Source: a virus
Length of the DNA stretch: 64,000 bases
UHGV virus genome: UHGV-0279745
Direction: 5' to 3' (one strand)
Position numbers and translations under genes: made by a program
Shown here: piece by piece, positions 56,052-64,000 of the stretch
Layout of the letters: each line of letters opens with the position of its first letter
Position numbering within the stretch: the stretch's first letter is position 1
The notes under the pieces: model-generated
The model's database searches: none
What the model was told of the DNA's origin: nothing
What the model saw: the letters and a program-made list of their open reading frames with translations, nothing else

Positions 56052-56576
56052 GTGGATATTTTAATTCAGCTTCGCAAGAAAACAACCATTGCCACACCGA
56101 TAGCGCTAGAGGAGAAAATCTCTGGTGCGGTTGCACGCAAGCTCTGTGGTGCTCACGGCTTTAGCGACCATCAGGAGCGGGTCGTTACTGTCGCCACATT
56201 ACACAACTTACGACACACAGTACATTACTGTTTAGTTGACAACGTCACCATCACTCTTGATGATAACGTAAATGTCGACCAACTGCGGCGCGAAATTGTC
56301 CACAAGATCGAGGCTTACAATAGACGTTTCGAACGGGCATGTACGCGTTTAACTGATGACGAAGCACTACGAAAACGTTTGAAACTTGAAATTGAATATG
56401 CAGCGCAACGTTATGGGGTTGGCGGTACCGAACCGTGTCTGACCGAACAAGAAATCACGTTAGCAATCGAGGTTTATACCACTCTCTGCTGCGCCATCCT
56501 AAAAGAGACCAACCACGAAATTACAAAAGCGTTGTTAAACACCGCAGACAAAATCACCCCAATTTTAGGACAATAA
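56052..56576 (+). CDS. hypothetical protein (174 aa), GTG start
   Basis: AAAGGAG RBS before GTG. Confidence 0.6.
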   Translation: MDILIQLRKKTTIATPIALEEKISGAVARKLCGAHGFSDHQERVVTVATLHNLRHTVHYCLVDNVTITLDDNVNVDQLRREIVHKIEAYNRRFERACTRLTDDEALRKRLKLEIEYAAQRYGVGGTEPCLTEQEITLAIEVYTTLCCAILKETNHEITKALLNTADKITPILGQ

Positions 56577-56577
56577 A

Positions 56578-57066
56578 ATGAACTTAAATCATAACTTCGA
56601 TATTCGTGACACCGATTTCGTACATGAATTTCTCAATAACGAAACGCGTGTACGAAAAGAAATTGAAGAAAAGTTGACTCCGTTGGTTGTAGACACTCCC
56701 TGGATGGCGGACTACGCCGCGTCCTACTTTTCTTCTCAGAGCTTATTTGGATACATATTTATCATACTTGACTTCTTCGATCCATCAAGCAAGCGCATAA
56801 CAGAAACATACGTTCGGCAACGCCTACGCCACGGTCGCAACGAGTTCTTAAAGAAAGTTTCTGATGCGTACCACATGGGTCGATTCCCTACTCCGCTAGT
56901 CCCTTATACAGAACCGGAATGGGATAAATTTTATACCCGGATTTGGGTTGAAGACTCTCTCTTGAACGAAATCGTAGAAATCATCAAGCGTAACGAAAAC
57001 CAACTTGCTCTGCAACTATGGGAGTGGCTAAAAGCTAATTATCCTGATTACGTCAAAATCGACTAA
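56578..57066 (+). CDS. hypothetical protein (162 aa)
   Basis: ORF tightly packed after previous gene. Confidence 0.65.
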   Translation: MNLNHNFDIRDTDFVHEFLNNETRVRKEIEEKLTPLVVDTPWMADYAASYFSSQSLFGYIFIILDFFDPSSKRITETYVRQRLRHGRNEFLKKVSDAYHMGRFPTPLVPYTEPEWDKFYTRIWVEDSLLNEIVEIIKRNENQLALQLWEWLKANYPDYVKID

Positions 57067-57072
57067 TAGACA

Positions 57073-57103
57073 CCCTAGCTTCGGCTAGGGTTACTTTATT
57101 TTT
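57073..57103 (+). terminator. rho-independent terminator
   Basis: ccctagc-ttcg-gctaggg followed by ttactttattttt. Confidence 0.65.
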
Positions 57104-57125
57104 AACCATTTTAGGAGAATAAACC

Positions 57126-58052
57126 ATGTATTTGTACAAAAGTAAAAAAGTAAAAGGTATTAAAGACTGCCTTAGACAAATGGGGTCTCAGCATCTTGAA
57201 AATGTAATGGAAGAAAACCGAATAAAGGAAAATCCTGTCTCGAAATGGATAAAAAAGAATCGTAACCATTTAACCAATGCCTTTATACCTTACGACGCTG
57301 AGTTAGGTCTCAAAGATCCCCGTTCCCTTCACGCACAAACATTAGCAATTGGATGGCTATACGGTGGTGCTTCCTTAATATCCAACCAAGCACTTAGAGA
57401 ACTTGTTTTCGAGACTGAGATGCCCAGTAAATTCCCTGAAGAATGGTTGGACTTTATACCTACCTGGACTGTGGCAATCGACGTAGGTAAAGAGGATGAG
57501 ACTTTCTTTCTCGGCTATCGAAAAAACGGGAATAGAAGGTTTATCATAATTGCTACAAATACTGATTACGGGTTAACAGAAGGCGTTACCACAATTGCCA
57601 CTTGTTCGTTAGAGCTTCGTAGTGCAGGAAACGGGCTTGTGGAAATCGACTATGCCGACGGTGTGGAGAACGAACAAGAAAAGATGCTATGGTTATCTCT
57701 GGCCAAAGCCGCTACTTCGATGATATTTCTGTGCACGCTAATCCCGCCCAATTACAGGGAGTCTTTTAATGATATTAAGTTCAAGGAAATCAAAAAGAAC
57801 GGTAGTATTAGTTACGACGTTAAACCTCGTGAACGCGATGTTAAGATAGATATCACGCCAGGACAAGTGAATTATCTAAAAGGGTTTAACACTGACTTGA
57901 AAACCATGCAGGGTATCAAACATGCTAAGGCTGCCCACATCCGTCGCGCTCACTGGCGCAGATATTGGGTCGGCCCTAGAAATGGTGAAAGAAAAAGAAA
58001 ACTTTGTTGGATTCCACCTACATTTGTCCGTGGCTACGTACCCCACAATTAA
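57126..58052 (+). CDS. hypothetical protein (308 aa), paralogue of 58077-58976
   Basis: Leader ttttaggagaataaaccATG; C-terminal AHIRRAHWRRYW motif. Confidence 0.7.
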   Translation: MYLYKSKKVKGIKDCLRQMGSQHLENVMEENRIKENPVSKWIKKNRNHLTNAFIPYDAELGLKDPRSLHAQTLAIGWLYGGASLISNQALRELVFETEMPSKFPEEWLDFIPTWTVAIDVGKEDETFFLGYRKNGNRRFIIIATNTDYGLTEGVTTIATCSLELRSAGNGLVEIDYADGVENEQEKMLWLSLAKAATSMIFLCTLIPPNYRESFNDIKFKEIKKNGSISYDVKPRERDVKIDITPGQVNYLKGFNTDLKTMQGIKHAKAAHIRRAHWRRYWVGPRNGERKRKLCWIPPTFVRGYVPHN

Positions 58053-58076
58053 GCTAAAGTGTTTAGGAGTATTAAA

Positions 58077-58976
58077 ATGACAACGAATAATAGACTTTAC
58101 GGGAAAGCGCTAAGACGCATGAGCGAACAAATAGAAAAGGCACACCAAACAATTCACGGATTAGATCAGTGTCGTTTTATTCGGTTCATTAACGAGCATA
58201 AACGTCAAATACCCGTAACGTTTATACCAGTTAAAGATCCGACCTATCGTGAGTATGGCGTTACAGAACAGATTCCCAGACTGATTAAGCAGTCTCTGGG
58301 ACTAGGATGGCAATACGCTGCTGTTGAAATCATCTCGGATGAAGAACTGATGGCGCTCTTAGCAAAAACTGAGAGACTAAAAAATATCCCGTACTTCTGG
58401 ATAGAAACCATCCCTTCATTTACTTTCTCGGTTACTGTAAATCTCGACGAAAGTCCAATCACGTTATTTATCGGAAGACGTCTTTACGAAGGTGAAGAAG
58501 TTCTCTTTGTGATGTCATGCGAAGAACATGGCGAGTCGGTATACATGGAGTTTGAGATTTACACGATCGACAAAAGTAATGATGATTTCGTGGAGTTAAA
58601 GCCGCTCCTTACTTCGGTTAAGGAGAATCAACGACTACTCGACGCGGTCTACATCGGGCTATATCTTTCATCACGAATTAAGCGAACCGAACGTGAGAAG
58701 AAAGAATTTCGCGGAAGGTCCATTCGTTATGTTCCTGATACAGAAATTCGCCCACGTAGTGAAGCAGTCGTTTTAGATGTAAGTCCGGTACAATGGGAAG
58801 ATATAGAGCAGCAACGCAAGGAAGGACACGAGGTTTGTTTGGCGATTTATTGCGCCGCACATATCCGTCGTGCGCATTGGAAGCGTGTATGGTGTGGTAA
58901 AATGTCAGAAATGCGCTGGCGCGAATGGCGATGGATAGCGCCGAGTTACATTTCTGGATTTTATCGTGGGAAATAA
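58077..58976 (+). CDS. hypothetical protein (~299 aa), paralogue of 57126-58052
   Basis: Leader taggagtattaaaATG; C-terminal AHIRRAHWKRVW motif. Confidence 0.7.
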   Translation: MTTNNRLYGKALRRMSEQIEKAHQTIHGLDQCRFIRFINEHKRQIPVTFIPVKDPTYREYGVTEQIPRLIKQSLGLGWQYAAVEIISDEELMALLAKTERLKNIPYFWIETIPSFTFSVTVNLDESPITLFIGRRLYEGEEVLFVMSCEEHGESVYMEFEIYTIDKSNDDFVELKPLLTSVKENQRLLDAVYIGLYLSSRIKRTEREKKEFRGRSIRYVPDTEIRPRSEAVVLDVSPVQWEDIEQQRKEGHEVCLAIYCAAHIRRAHWKRVWCGKMSEMRWREWRWIAPSYISGFYRGK

Positions 58977-58983
58977 ATAGTTT

Positions 58984-59031
58984 ACCCCTAGACCGTGTGG
59001 TCTAGGGGTAACTTTACTTTTTTATTTTTTG
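58984..59031. terminator. bidirectional terminator
   Basis: acccctagacc-gtgt-ggtctaggggt followed by long T-rich tract; convergent genes. Confidence 0.7.
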
Positions 59032-59777
59032 TTTGCCTTAAGCGCTTTTAAGCGTTCGGCAGTAACGTTCAGGCATTCGATTAACTCGTTAACCTGTTTC
59101 ATGAACAGACCAAACAGCTCCACCCAATCGGATGCAAAATCTAACATCATCGTCAGTTCTTTTGCTACATTCGGATGAATGTTTTGTTCAGACAAGATTT
59201 CCGACGTAGTGCGAATGGACTCGATTGACTTGTCGATGTTCGTCCGTAAACGTTTCGTAATTTCAACGTTCAGGGCTTTAGCACGATTAAACGCAACGTC
59301 AATCTCAGACGCGCTGTGGTACGTCTTCTCAATTGGTCGCTGGTCAATAACGTTATTAGTGTACGATTTCGCTAATAAGTTAACCAGGTCTTTCGGGTTA
59401 ACATTACGTAACGGCAAATTAACGTTTTTGTAACGGAAACCAATCGGTAATGACAGTACCCCCACATCATGTGTAAGGGCCGAAAGTTGTTTATCGACCG
59501 GCAGCAGAATACCCGTATAGATGTTTTGTAGTGAACTCCATACGGATTCTAAGCGGTTCAAATGATCCATCACGTAGGTATTAAAACCAGGTGGGACGAT
59601 AACCAACATTCCCGCAAAGTGTAGGAATTTTTCTTGTTGCATCCACTTGGAAACGTCCGACATCTCGTCATAAGTGGTTAATGCAATCTCTTGTTGAGGG
59701 CCGCTAAACCCTTTCGGTAAGATTGCAGACGCTTTAGCGGCGAAGCTAGATAACGCTGCAAGTGGATTTACATTCAT
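59022..59777 (-). CDS. hypothetical protein (251 aa)
   Basis: GAGGT RBS; single minus-strand gene in plus-strand block. Confidence 0.65.
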   Translation of the reverse strand: MNVNPLAALSSFAAKASAILPKGFSGPQQEIALTTYDEMSDVSKWMQQEKFLHFAGMLVIVPPGFNTYVMDHLNRLESVWSSLQNIYTGILLPVDKQLSALTHDVGVLSLPIGFRYKNVNLPLRNVNPKDLVNLLAKSYTNNVIDQRPIEKTYHSASEIDVAFNRAKALNVEITKRLRTNIDKSIESIRTTSEILSEQNIHPNVAKELTMMLDFASDWVELFGLFMKQVNELIECLNVTAERLKALKANKK

Positions 59778-59875
59778 TCTAAAACCTCGGATTATAAGTC
59801 AGGGTTACATAGTAAAGTCTTTTTACAGTTCACCCAAACCTTATGACCGAGACTCTTCCATAAAGGTAAAGCTCG

Positions 59876-60175
59876 ATGAAAATCAAATTACTGACTCGAA
59901 ACACCACACCGCGTTTAGAACCGGAAATTTATCTGACGCCTGTTAAAAAAGGTCAGAACGGTAAACCTATTCAAGTTGGAAAAGTCTTGAGCGTAACGTC
60001 GTGCCCGAGCGGTAAACGTGTTATGGAACTGGAAATTGACGAGCGTAATAAACGCCGTTTCGAGTCTATTGAAAACCCTTATCCTGAAAATGCGGAAGAA
60101 GTTACTGAGTGGGTAGAGACCTACTTTGAATTCTGGCACAACCGCCGTCTTCTTCTTCCGACCAAGAATCGTTAA
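59876..60175 (+). CDS. hypothetical protein (99 aa)
   Basis: AAAGGTAAAG RBS. Confidence 0.6.
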   Translation: MKIKLLTRNTTPRLEPEIYLTPVKKGQNGKPIQVGKVLSVTSCPSGKRVMELEIDERNKRRFESIENPYPENAEEVTEWVETYFEFWHNRRLLLPTKNR

Positions 60176-60190
60176 TTATCGGAGCGCTAA

Positions 60191-61687
60191 ATGGCAGGCC
60201 CAACTAAGCAAGTTATCGGTGAAGTAATTCGTCCACGTTTTAACGTTTACACCATCATGGATCATGCCTTAGGTAACTACGAAAAAGGTGAAGATGGTTT
60301 GTACTACCTTAACGGTGGTTTTGCCCACATCATGGGTTTCGCAGGTCGCGGTAACACTTTTAAATCCACCTTGTTAGATTTCTGTATCTTCCAAATCCTG
60401 CAACGTTATAAAGCAGAGTGGGGTTCTAAGTACGATACAGAAGTGTCCGCTGCCCTCGATCGTTTAGAAACTGGGTACATCTCTGCCATGAACGCCAACG
60501 GTATCGACGACGGAACATCTGTACTGGAGCTTATCCACGAAGGTCGTTATAACCTGGTCGGTTCTGACGTAATGCCTGGGGAACAGTATTACAGTGATTA
60601 TATTCGTGATGAAGTTGAAAAACGCTTCAAACAGTATATGTCTGGTAAGACCCGTGTAACACCGTTCCCCGATCCGGTTCGTCGTAAGTTAAAAGAAATC
60701 CTGGACCCCTGGCTTTATTCTATCGACTCCCTGTCAGAGTGGCATTCCAGTTCGCTGGAAGACAAACACGCAAAAACGGATATCGGGGATTCTGATCAGA
60801 ACATCCTGAACGCCCACGACGCACTGCAAAAATCGAATATGATGAGCCGCTGGCCGTCTGCGTTTGCACGCGGCGGTTTTTACATGGGCTTCGTGGCACA
60901 GATGGCCGATGACTCTGGGAAAGCGATGGCGGGTGGCCGACAGGCTCAAAAAGCAAATGCGAAAATTCTCGACGACGCCAACGACGATTTAAAATTCGCA
61001 GGTATTCCTCGACGTCAGCTTAGCTTTTTAACAAACTCTTTTATCGTCGCGACGAAATCAGGTGAGCTGAAGAAAGACCAGAGCTATAACGCACAGACCG
61101 GTGTTAACGAAGAACTTTATCCGACGTCACGTTCTAAAGCGATGAATGCGTCGGTAAACGACTTGAAGATTATCACCTTTACCCAGTATCGTGCGAAGGG
61201 TGGTCACACCGGTGTGAAATTCCAGATGATCTTCTCTCAGGAAATGGGTCTGTTGTATCACCTGAGCCTGTGGCATTATTTAAGTGACACGCTGAAGAAG
61301 TCAGACTTTGGTTTCACATCAAGCGGTAGTGGAGGTTCCATCAAAGAACTTGACATTCTACCTGGTGTGAAATTCCAACGCACGACAATCCGTGATATGA
61401 TTTCTGATAACGCACGCTTACGTCGCGCTTTAGAAATCACTGCGGCAATTGCGTATATGCAAAACAACTACCATCGTCTTGAAATGAAGTATCATCTCAG
61501 CATGGGTGAGATTTACAAACTGATTGACGAGAAGTGGGACTGGAATGAAATTCTGGATAACACGGTAGAATACTGGATGTTTAAAGACCAGGAAACCAAA
61601 GGCGGTAAACGTACACTGACTGCACGTACCATTCTGGGTATGGCTGTTGATGGGCTAGAACCGAAGTTCCTGACGAAAAAGAAATAA
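60191..61687 (+). CDS. RecA/UvsX-like recombinase-type ATPase (498 aa), tentative
   Basis: P-loop-like GFAGRGNTFKST; Walker B-like LYSIDSL; recombination-gene neighbourhood. Confidence 0.5.
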   Translation: MAGPTKQVIGEVIRPRFNVYTIMDHALGNYEKGEDGLYYLNGGFAHIMGFAGRGNTFKSTLLDFCIFQILQRYKAEWGSKYDTEVSAALDRLETGYISAMNANGIDDGTSVLELIHEGRYNLVGSDVMPGEQYYSDYIRDEVEKRFKQYMSGKTRVTPFPDPVRRKLKEILDPWLYSIDSLSEWHSSSLEDKHAKTDIGDSDQNILNAHDALQKSNMMSRWPSAFARGGFYMGFVAQMADDSGKAMAGGRQAQKANAKILDDANDDLKFAGIPRRQLSFLTNSFIVATKSGELKKDQSYNAQTGVNEELYPTSRSKAMNASVNDLKIITFTQYRAKGGHTGVKFQMIFSQEMGLLYHLSLWHYLSDTLKKSDFGFTSSGSGGSIKELDILPGVKFQRTTIRDMISDNARLRRALEITAAIAYMQNNYHRLEMKYHLSMGEIYKLIDEKWDWNEILDNTVEYWMFKDQETKGGKRTLTARTILGMAVDGLEPKFLTKKK

Positions 61688-61731
61688 ATAGGCTCGGGTA
61701 GGGTAAACCCTACCCGACCTAAGGAGTCATC

Positions 61732-62031
61732 ATGCGTTATCAAACGGAGATTGTGGAACGCTTAAGTGAAGGATTGGCAAGTGTTAATTTAGAAACAGCG
61801 GCCGAATTTCGTGAAGCCTTCACTCACCCGTTTCCCGATCTGGAATCCTTTTGTTTAAAGGTCGCTGAGTATTACTCGAATCTATTAGTACGTTACGGGT
61901 ATGCGCCAGTACGTTCCGAACTTCCTGAAAACACGGAAGCTATCAGCTACTGGATTGACCTGCTTGAAGCAGAAACGTTATCCAATTTACGTAAGGCGGT
62001 AGACAATGAAACTCGAACCAGCGCGGCGTAA
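61732..62031 (+). CDS. hypothetical protein (99 aa)
   Basis: AAGGAG RBS. Confidence 0.55.
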   Translation: MRYQTEIVERLSEGLASVNLETAAEFREAFTHPFPDLESFCLKVAEYYSNLLVRYGYAPVRSELPENTEAISYWIDLLEAETLSNLRKAVDNETRTSAA

Positions 62032-62674
62032 AAAGGCGGAAGCCTACGCCTTACAAATCTTAAAGTTGGTAGACCCTTCTGGCATTAATGCTGAAGCCGC
62101 GAAGAAAGCCTTCGCACGAATGACCGACGAACAGTTTAACCGACTTCGTAACGGTTTACCTATTTACAACCCGGTGGGAAGTAAAGTCGAAATTGACCAC
62201 CTGCGCAATATCGAGGTGTGCAAAATTCTCGGGGTAAACCTGGAGCAACGACTCTGGTTAACAGAACCAAAAACGGGTGTTTATCACCGTACTCGTTACC
62301 CTCACTTAGTCTTACGCTTGCCTGTCCGTCGTCAGACACAGATGCAAGAAAAGAAAATGGCGGTTGCGAAAAACGACAAAGTTCGCGATAAACTCTCCGG
62401 TCAAGTCGTCGGACCTTCCAAAGCATCCGGGGTGTCCTTCCCAGAGGCATACATCATGTATTCCGATGGTCACGACTGGACACTGAAAGAGTTCTTGTGG
62501 GCGCGTGGTGGTAACGACGCACTACAACGTGCTTTCTATCAATCTCTGCGCCAAACCGGTAAAGGGCGTATTGATTTGCCTGGAGCGGAGCGAACGAGTT
62601 CTAAAGCAACGCGTACGTGGTCAGCGTACCTAAAAGCGATGCATATCGGTAACAACATAGGCCATCCGTCATGA
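62006..62674 (+). CDS. hypothetical protein (222 aa)
   Basis: ORF overlapping neighbours. Confidence 0.6.
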   Translation: MKLEPARRKKAEAYALQILKLVDPSGINAEAAKKAFARMTDEQFNRLRNGLPIYNPVGSKVEIDHLRNIEVCKILGVNLEQRLWLTEPKTGVYHRTRYPHLVLRLPVRRQTQMQEKKMAVAKNDKVRDKLSGQVVGPSKASGVSFPEAYIMYSDGHDWTLKEFLWARGGNDALQRAFYQSLRQTGKGRIDLPGAERTSSKATRTWSAYLKAMHIGNNIGHPS

Positions 62675-63393
62675 GATTATCTCGGCGTTTCTTAATCGAT
62701 ATTGATACGTTATTTGATACGCGTTTAGGTTGGGTAAAAGCCGTTAAGCCTGAAAGCTTAGCATTGCTAGACTACGATGTTTATCGTCGTCGCTATACAG
62801 AAGCTTGGGCTGGCGTACTTGGATTTGAAAAATGGGATGAAGAGTGGCGGAAGCGGGATAAGCGCGCGTTGATTAATGCGCAACCTACTGAATTATTGGC
62901 AACAATGAAAAACGAATTCGAGTGTATGTTGCTTGAAATCGAAATGCATTCGCCAATTGAAAAACCCACTCTGACCATCAATACGTGGCCGTATACGGAT
63001 TTAACGGGCGAAGAACTTCAAGCCTTTTTGAATCTGTTTCGGATGTACTACAATAACGTACAAGTTGAATTGGTGTCTTGGTCGTTAGAAGATCTCACAC
63101 CGGGGAGATTGTCGTTGGCGTGGGATTGCTGGATAATGTACGATTGGTTCGAGTGGATTAAGCTTAACGCTACGCACTTGAAAAAACCGATTCCGAGCTT
63201 TACCATCACACACCCTGCCATGCTCACACCAGAACTGACCGGGGAATTGGTTGAACAAATCAAACAAGACGGCGTTAATCCGTTTAAGGAACATATCCGG
63301 TTTATGGCAGAGTGGGTCGGTGTCGACCCACGAGATGCCGCTTTATTTAGTCTTGCTCGCCCTGCTCAGGACGTGCAAACGCCGCCGTCATAA
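62671..63393 (+). CDS. hypothetical protein (240 aa)
   Basis: ATGA overlap with upstream gene. Confidence 0.6.
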   Translation: MRLSRRFLIDIDTLFDTRLGWVKAVKPESLALLDYDVYRRRYTEAWAGVLGFEKWDEEWRKRDKRALINAQPTELLATMKNEFECMLLEIEMHSPIEKPTLTINTWPYTDLTGEELQAFLNLFRMYYNNVQVELVSWSLEDLTPGRLSLAWDCWIMYDWFEWIKLNATHLKKPIPSFTITHPAMLTPELTGELVEQIKQDGVNPFKEHIRFMAEWVGVDPRDAALFSLARPAQDVQTPPS

Positions 63394-63811
63394 TGGACTT
63401 AACATCGATTTGTTCGCCTACTGGTGCCAGCTCCCCTTCTGTTACTTCAACATCAGGAATAACAGGAACGGGGGGCTGGTAGCCCTGGGTTTCTTCGATT
63501 TCCTCATCGTGACGACGTATTTTGATATTACCGCGTTGCATGAGGATGCTATTAAGTGCATTCGCCAAATCTTGGTTAGCTTCGCTGTTTTTCTGTGCAG
63601 CAGCAACACGACGTTTGGAAATGATTTGTTTATCGACGTCGTTAAGCAAAGACCCCAGCCGGTCTACCGTTTTCAAGTCTTTGTGTGCTTGAGGATCGTC
63701 CAAGATGAGATTCACAATCCGTACACGGGCTTGTTGCGTTTGGCGGAGAAGCGATTCTTCGTCGTCCACATCTCCATCAAACGCCTGATATTTCACTTCT
63801 TCGTCAGCCAT
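63347..63811 (-). CDS. hypothetical acidic protein (154 aa)
   Basis: GAGGTAG RBS; chosen over the low-complexity opposite-strand ORF 63251-63889. Confidence 0.55.
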   Translation of the reverse strand: MADEEVKYQAFDGDVDDEESLLRQTQQARVRIVNLILDDPQAHKDLKTVDRLGSLLNDVDKQIISKRRVAAAQKNSEANQDLANALNSILMQRGNIKIRRHDEEIEETQGYQPPVPVIPDVEVTEGELAPVGEQIDVKSIMTAAFARPEQGEQD

Positions 63812-63882
63812 TCTTACTACCTCAATTTCAAAAAGAAGTCAGACAGATATTATCTACGTGAGACATTCTTTAGGAGTGAATT

Positions 63883-64000
63883 ATGTTAACAGGAATAATA
63901 ACTCGTTTTAAACAACGGTTAGAGAATAATCGTTTAAAAGCCCTCAGAGAGTCTCTGAAGCAGGAGTTCCATAAGAACACCCACAACCCCTATGTCAGAG
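63883..64000 (+). CDS. hypothetical protein, 5' fragment (continues beyond window)
   Basis: TAGGAGTGAATT RBS before ATG at 63883. Confidence 0.45.
   Translation, partial: MLTGIITRFKQRLENNRLKALRESLKQEFHKNTHNPYVR

Noticed and set aside
61694-61716. Hairpin cgggtaggg-taaa-ccctacccg after the RecA-like gene
   Set aside because: No T-run follows; it sits directly against the next RBS, so more likely an RNA processing or stability element than a terminator.
63251-63889. Plus-strand 212-aa ORF
   Set aside because: Overlaps two better-supported genes; translation is Phe/Cys/Arg-rich and low complexity.
1-64000. tRNA genes, CRISPR arrays, integrase / transposase / IS elements
   Set aside because: No cloverleaf-like conserved tRNA segments were recognised in intergenic regions by eye, no direct-repeat/spacer arrays, and no recombinase-like ORFs; a tRNAscan-type search would be needed to exclude tRNAs formally.

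Overview
This 64 kb window reads as a gene-dense segment of a large virulent tailed phage (Caudoviricetes). No integrase, transposase, CRISPR array, rRNA or tRNA was recognised by eye. It has four parts: (i) 1-8.8 kb, small plus-strand genes, two peptidoglycan hydrolases (GH108-like muramidase, M15-like peptidase), a divergent lipoprotein and two abundant-looking paralogous proteins; (ii) 8.8-29.4 kb, a long minus-strand late block with four tail-fibre paralogues (399, 1727, 1400 and 1440 aa) sharing an N-terminal domain; (iii) 29.5-50.7 kb, mostly plus-strand small genes including a run of five signal-peptide proteins, an SbcC/Rad50-like ATPase, a GNAT acetyltransferase, a macro-domain-like protein and a lytic transglycosylase; (iv) 50.7-64 kb, DNA-metabolism genes (DEDDh exonuclease, RNase HI-like fusion, RecA/UvsX-like ATPase). 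The most unusual content sits at the distal end of the tail-fibre block (8.8-14.3 kb): three translationally coupled Cys/Ser/Gly-rich peptide genes with a conserved leader and a CxxxC-repeat core, followed by two radical-SAM enzymes (one with a SPASM-like C-terminal Cys cluster) and three unknown proteins. I interpret this as a candidate phage-encoded RiPP-like peptide-modification system, possibly producing a cross-linked virion component. All functional calls rest on motif recognition by eye; no database search or computation was run. Intergenic regions carry many hairpin plus T-run terminators, a repeated promoter-like element with a 5' hairpin, and a near-identical ribosome-binding leader reused before several genes.
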